Assembly: GCF_902459465.1 (NCBI RefSeq)
Contig: NC_047077.1
Span: 8,928,001 to 8,992,000, forward strand
Reading direction: 5' to 3'
DNA length: 64,000 bases
Origin: Asterias rubens
Lineage: Eukaryota
Shown: positions 58,801 to 64,000 of the stretch, in pieces
How positions within the stretch are numbered: position 1 is the first letter of the stretch
How the letters are laid out: each line of letters begins with the position of its first letter
Translations under genes and position numbers: made by a program
Notes under the pieces: model-generated
The model's input: only the letters and a program-made list of their open reading frames with translations
Databases searched by the model: none
What the model was told of the DNA's origin: nothing

Positions 58801-61800
58801 CCCCGAGCTCGCATGTGCTTTCCGCTAAAGGTTTTGGCAGCATTGTAGGACAACGCCGTCATCCAGAAGAATGCAGCTAGCCATGAGAAGTGTAACAAAG
58901 GGGCGGTAACCAGACAGTTGTAGCCAAAGATTGCTGCATTTGATGCAAAAAACAGTAGACAGTTTGCCGTAAACAGCGCCACCACAAGGTTCATCGTGTA
59001 CAGGCCAGCCAGGCTTCTCAAAGACGGGAACAGGCAGTATGTGGCAAAAGTGGCAACAAGTGCAACAATGGACAGGCAGTTGCAGACTTGGGCGATTATA
59101 TTCATCACAAATGCATTCATATCTCTAGAACTGATTGGTCCACAAACTGCAGCCGTGCCGTCCCTCATTAAGACAAACTTCTCATTTCTCAGTACCTGAC
59201 CCGTAGCCAAAACCTCCATGGTTGCCGCCTGGTTTTCCGAAACATACTCCTCCGGAATCAGAATGGTAAACTCTGAACAGCTTAGCATCAGAATATCAAG
59301 GCATTCCTGTGGAACTAATAAAGTTCGTGTGAAGCTTGAGTTTTCTCTTGCCCAGATAGACGCCTTGAAAATGTCTGATGTGTCAAGTTGAGTTTGTTCA
59401 AACGCACCACCGGCTAGAAGGGTATCGTTTTTACAAGTATCAATCTTCGACAACAGCCTTGCTCCAAATGAAACATACACCAAGACAGTCGAGACATTAC
59501 ACAGTGAGTATAGAGACCAGAATAATGCATCGTCAGCCTTTTCGGTTAGGTCGGTAATTATAGATAGAGTAAATTCACCGAAAGGTGGATTGGTTTCATT
59601 GCTAGGGTTGAACTGCCAGACTGCTACATCTCTACCGAGAGAAGTGTTCAGGAAAATACTGCAGTTGTTAGACACTCCTGCCGGAACCCCAGCATCCGAG
59701 TGGCCTTTGACTTCCAGCAGGCCTGGATTTCCCCCGCAGCCCCCTTCCTCGTCTATCTGACCGGAGGAACAGAACACAGCACGACATCTCTCCAAGAACG
59801 GATCGTAAAGCTCCCCTGGCTGACACACCGAACCGTCATCGCCACCCCAGCCAAAATCAAACAGAGTTTCTATGTTAAATGGATCTTGCGTGACACCACA
59901 TACAGCGCCGCAATCGCCCCAACTGTCCGAGGTACATAGTGGAGTGCAGAGCAGCCCACACGTTTCATCCGGCCCAATATTATCAAACCCATTACACATT
60001 GCACAGTGAGGGTTGCGGTAATTAGTTTTATTCCTGACTAGCGGTGCAAAGTAGTCCCTGCAGGCTCGTTCCAGTGAGGTACCCGAATATTCCTCCAGAC
60101 ACGAGTTGACAGTTTTAACAGGGCATGTGCGGGCGACTCCAAGGGTATCGTTCGAAGGTTCAAAAACGTATCTACCGGTTGGTTCTCCGGAGAAGTGATA
60201 TTCTAAATTCGCGCTCCACTTCTTCAAACTCGCAGGTTGGACCCCATGGCAAATAGCGCAGAAGACGTTCTTGTAAACGGCTCCGTTGTCGACGTAGACT
60301 GGTAGGGATCCTATGACGTCACCATCGTCTGCTTCGTTTTGACAACTTTCTGCAACGAAGGAGTTCGTCCAGGAGTCCGGACAGATGCTCACCAAGGCAA
60401 ACCCGAAATATTCGTAGCCTTGTTGTGCACCTTTCCCTGGTGTCCACACACAAGAGTAATGGTGGATTCCAATACCATTTATTTCTATCTCTTGTACTTC
60501 GGGAGCGGGGTTACAATTTGAATGGTAATCGTAGCAGCAGTCGTTGAAATAACCACAGGAATCATCACATTTGCAGTATTGCATGCCTTCGATTGGTCGA
60601 AGTGTATCATGTGGACCCTGATTGCAGTCGTAACCACAGTAGTGAATTTCACCGCACAGATACCCGGGTATATCAAATCGCTCCGTTTCTGAAAAGTACA
60701 ATTTTGAAAAAATCACTGGTTTCACTCATGTTATTTCTCAATGGGATATATCTTTAAAGACAGAGGACACTATTGGTAATTGGTAACCTTGTGTCACGAA
60801 GTTGTGTGCTTTCTGATGCTTGATTTCGAGACCTGAGTTCTAAACTTGAGGTCTCGAAATCAATTTCGTGGAAAATTACTTCTTTCTAGAAAACTACATC
60901 ACTTCAGAGGGAGCTGTTTCTCACAATGTTTTATACCATCAACCTCTCCCCATTACTCGTAATCAAGTAAGGTTTTATGGTGATAATTATTTTGAGCAAT
61001 TACCAATAGTGTCCACTGCCTTTAAACAGTAAGGTTTGCGGTAACACCATGTGTATGATAATCTCAAATTGAGTTGGGTGTTTTTTTAAAGAAACGTACT
61101 CTCTAAACGTAAAAGATTGAAAAACACCACTCTTTATATTCCGAGCTGTCCTCCATAATGGCTCTTCAAAAAAAATGGTGGTTATTTTACTATTTTAGAG
61201 GTGTTTCACTCCAGGACAGAGTGAAAAATCACTCAAAAAGATGCAAAATTCACTCTATAACAGTGCTTTTTCACTCTTTTGCATTAAGAGAGTATAGGTT
61301 TCAACTCAACGTTTCGAATAATGCTCTGATCGTCCTCTGGAGAAAAAAATTAATGACAATTCTTCACATAAAATTGCAGAATGGCAGGCCTGGGATATCA
61401 CCTAACGTCATAAGGTCAGGGCTATACATAAATGACCTGTCGACCTATGTCATTATGGGGAACTTTGCCACCTATACTTCTGGGGCTAAAACGTACCTGC
61501 CATGCATTCGAGGTACGCATACCATTCATTGCATTGAGTGTCATCTTCGAACACAAGTTCACACTGGGAAAGTGATGTCTCGTCGCCAAGACAACCCACT
61601 GCTGACACAAAAGCCGAATCGGTAACCAGATCGACAGGTCCCTCATACCAACGGTTCACAAAAAGGCTGGTCAGATATCCAAGATGGCGGCAGACGACTT
61701 GTGTGTCTCGGTTATCCCAAAGTTTTCCACAAAATGCGCCCCACTCTTCTTCCGGTCCGTGACGGCCCTGTACGAAACCAGACCCTTCATATTTAGAGTC

Positions 61801-64000
61801 AATCAACCTGAGCTCTATCGAAGAACCTGTTAAAGAGTGAAACGCATTATTATTGTATATCAACAAAGTCAATTGTAATGACACAAAGATTATAAATCGT
61901 TAAACTCTGGTCTGGGCGACTTAAGATGTCGCTTGAACACTTGTCTATTTATCTTAACTGTTTGAACTTTTGGAACACCATATATTCCTCTATTGAACAC
62001 CCTTAACAGTCCTTTTCGGCACAATTTATCCTCTATATGGAACACCATAGTTCTCAGCATCGATCACCATAGTCCTCTATGGAGCACCATAGTTCTCAGC
62101 ATCGATCACCATAGTCCTCTATGGAACACCATAGTTTTCAGCATCGATCACCATAGTCCTCAATGGAACACCATAGTTCTCAGCATCGATCACCATAGTC
62201 CTCTATGGAACACCATAGTTCTCAGCATCGATCACCATAGTCCTCTATGGAACACCATAGTTCTCAGCATCGATCACCATAGTCCTCTATGGACATCATA
62301 GTTCTCAGCATCGATCACCATAGTCCTCTATGGAACACCATAGTTCTCAGCATCGATCACCATAGTCCTCTATGGAGCAACATAGTCTTCCATGGAGCAC
62401 CAAATAATATCAGTGGTTTTTGTTGTAGCGCGCATTATCCGTCATGCAGTGATGAGGCACTTTAACTAGCAATATTTTATGCAAGGTTACTTTTTAGACC
62501 TACTCCTTTTACATAGCACCGTGCAATGGTTTAAAAGGTGCTGCGGCACAGTATGCTACCAATCAAACCAGGAACACCGGGGTCAACCCCTTCTTATTTC
62601 GATAAGTGCACTTGTTTGGTTTTTTACGTGTGTTACAAAACACACGGGCCTACGGCTTTACGGCCCATCCGCAGGACGAATGCTTCAATAGGGCACTATA
62701 TTCCGCCTATAAGTATAATTAACAGTAGTCTTCTATGGCACATCATGAAATACCGTAGACTTTTAAGCAATCAACAGCATCTACCTACAGGAAAGGTTTG
62801 CGGTAACACCATGTAATGTATAATCTCTAAATGCGTTGGGGTATTTTTCAAAAGAACCGTTGGTTTCAACTCGACTCGTCGATCAGTACGCTCTGATCGT
62901 CTTCTTTCAAATCCTACTACTTACTAGAGACGCCCTTCAGAGCTGCATATCCAGAGCAGTATACGGAGTGAGTGATGGTGCACTGCGACAAATCTTTCTC
63001 ATCACCGTAGCACATGAGGCCACCGATGATACTCAGTGGGGAACGTAAGATGGATAAAGGCAAGACGAAGCCGCGTGCAGTTTCATTCAGCCCAAAATGG
63101 CGGGAAGCAACAGTGTGAGCATACGCAGAATCCAACCAATCATTTCCGCAGAAGCCCTGCCACTCCTGAGAGCTGTCACAACGCGTCAAAATGAGTCCCT
63201 CGTTGTTATCATTTCCATACTTGAGAGTGTACTCAAACTCTAGAAAGAAAAATAATATAAAACACACCAGGAATTTATAATGAGGTATTGCATGGTGTGA
63301 GGTATCAATATTTAACTGGTTTGTGGTAACACCATGTGTGTGTATACTTGCCAGGTAGATTGTTTTCTTTAGATAACTGTCTCTATATTTAGAATATACT
63401 ACCACGGAGTTAATTTTCAGATTTCGGGAGACTTCTCAGTTCTGAAAAGAATTGTCCTGCTTTTTAACTGACCAGGGCGAGGGTAGAAACTCTCGGTAAG
63501 GGCTATACAATTTTAGCTTATACGATCTTATATTATTACCACACTACCTTCTTGGTCTTAACATTTCGACTAACCTGCTCTAGTTATCGTCTGGATACTA
63601 CATTGAATCTACACATCAAAACAAACTGAAAATAATGTTTCGGTCGTAAAGTGGTTTCAGATTAACAGGTTAAAATATTAATATGATAGTATTACAATTA
63701 TTATTTTGTTTTTTTGGTTTATTCAAGCGCCAATTTTTTGCACCTAATTCTGGTAGATACGTGCGCTTTATGTATCCTAATTACCTGAACTACAGACAAG
63801 CCATGTGGTTGTATTCAGCAGCGCACATGGTCGGCTGCTTAGCCCCGTCGACACCGGCAAGCAATCGTGCTCTCCATTGTAAGTCACCGTGCAAAATATT
63901 GAGCTTTCTTTTGACGGAAAATCTCTCAACAGACCAGCAATGACGCTGCTATTTCGTACGTTCCCAACTGTGTCGTAGCCACAGGCGAATGGGAACCCAA
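55875..64000 (-). CDS. Adhesion/secretin-class-like 7TM receptor with SRCR domains and a somatomedin-B domain; 5' end outside the window
   Basis: Phase-consistent exons: 63785 to beyond 64000 (degenerate SRCR-like, LGFPFACG...WLVCSS), 62925-63239 (SRCR), 61497-61826 (SRCR: LRL...WGAFC...VVCRHLGY...CLGDETSLSQC), 58467-60688, 55875-56219. SMB motif CKCDDSCGYFNDCCYDY; Cys-rich YKNVFCAIC and YRNPHCAMC; seven hydrophobic segments including LHFSWLAAFFWM, LILLFGVTWIF and INTLQGVFIFIAFCL. Confidence 0.9.
56383..56847. mobile_element. Long foldback (palindromic) element in the last intron of the receptor gene
   Basis: Arms gtcgaccccggggtgctcatccaagtggcg / cgccacttggatgagcacaccggggtcgac pair almost to the centre (ccccaagtg...cacttggg). 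Confidence 0.8.
56985..57430 (-). mobile_element. SINE interrupted by a palindromic MITE (57121-57278)
   Basis: The minus-strand head tgccgtggccgagcg... and body are shared with 62505-62690. The insert has ttgatttcacaaa / tttgttaaatcgacccctgg ends. Confidence 0.6.
57595..57771. mobile_element. Palindromic MITE
   Basis: ggggttgatttcaaaaaggtagtcctaa / ttaggactacctttgtgaaatccacccct; near-perfect hairpin. Confidence 0.8.
58467..60688 (-). CDS. Receptor main exon: SMB domain, Cys-rich stalk, TM1-TM5
   Basis: Lies within ORF 58461-60725. Acceptor ttttcag at 60689, donor aag|gtatga at 58467. Confidence 0.9.
60754..61025 (+). mobile_element. MITE family 1, internally deleted
   Basis: Both TIRs and TTAA are present. 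Confidence 0.8.
62031..62390 (+). repeat. 42-bp minisatellite, about 8 copies, intronic
   Basis: ctctatggaacaccatagttctcagcatcgatcaccatagtc in contiguous units with no spacers. Confidence 0.9.

Noticed and set aside
61993-62390. 42-bp array as a CRISPR array or a repeat-protein ORF (WNTIVLSIDHHSPL)n
   Set aside because: Units are contiguous with no unique spacers, the context is a eukaryotic intron on the opposite strand, and a 1-bp deletion breaks the frame.

Overview
AT-rich, repeat-dense animal genomic DNA with spliceosomal GT-AG genes. The gene content and repeats look like an invertebrate deuterostome, probably an echinoderm (inference). Five genes were built by hand with consistent splice phases. 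(1) The terminal exon of a death-domain gene (550-840, +). (2) A 13-exon TDRD7-like gene (8300-24823, +, about 1411 aa) with 2 LOTUS domains, a Q/S/R/P/T octapeptide repeat, 2 dsRBD-like domains flanking an unrecognised ~69-aa His/Cys repeat, and only one extended Tudor domain. (3) A complete 22-exon TUBGCP5 (29342-45246, -). (4) RPS8 (45400-54233, +), head-to-head with TUBGCP5, whose five introns each carry a U46/SNORD46-like box C/D snoRNA with a second conserved 28S antisense element. (5) A 5'-incomplete SRCR + somatomedin-B + 7TM receptor gene (55875 to beyond 64000, -). Introns and intergenic DNA contain many TTAA-flanked MITEs, two elements with 6-bp target duplications, SINEs, palindromic elements and degenerate Penelope-type hammerhead-like motifs. 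The best leads are the His/Cys repeat and domain architecture of the TDRD7-like protein and the five-copy double-guide snoRNA. No database searches were run; homologies rest on recalled family sequences.
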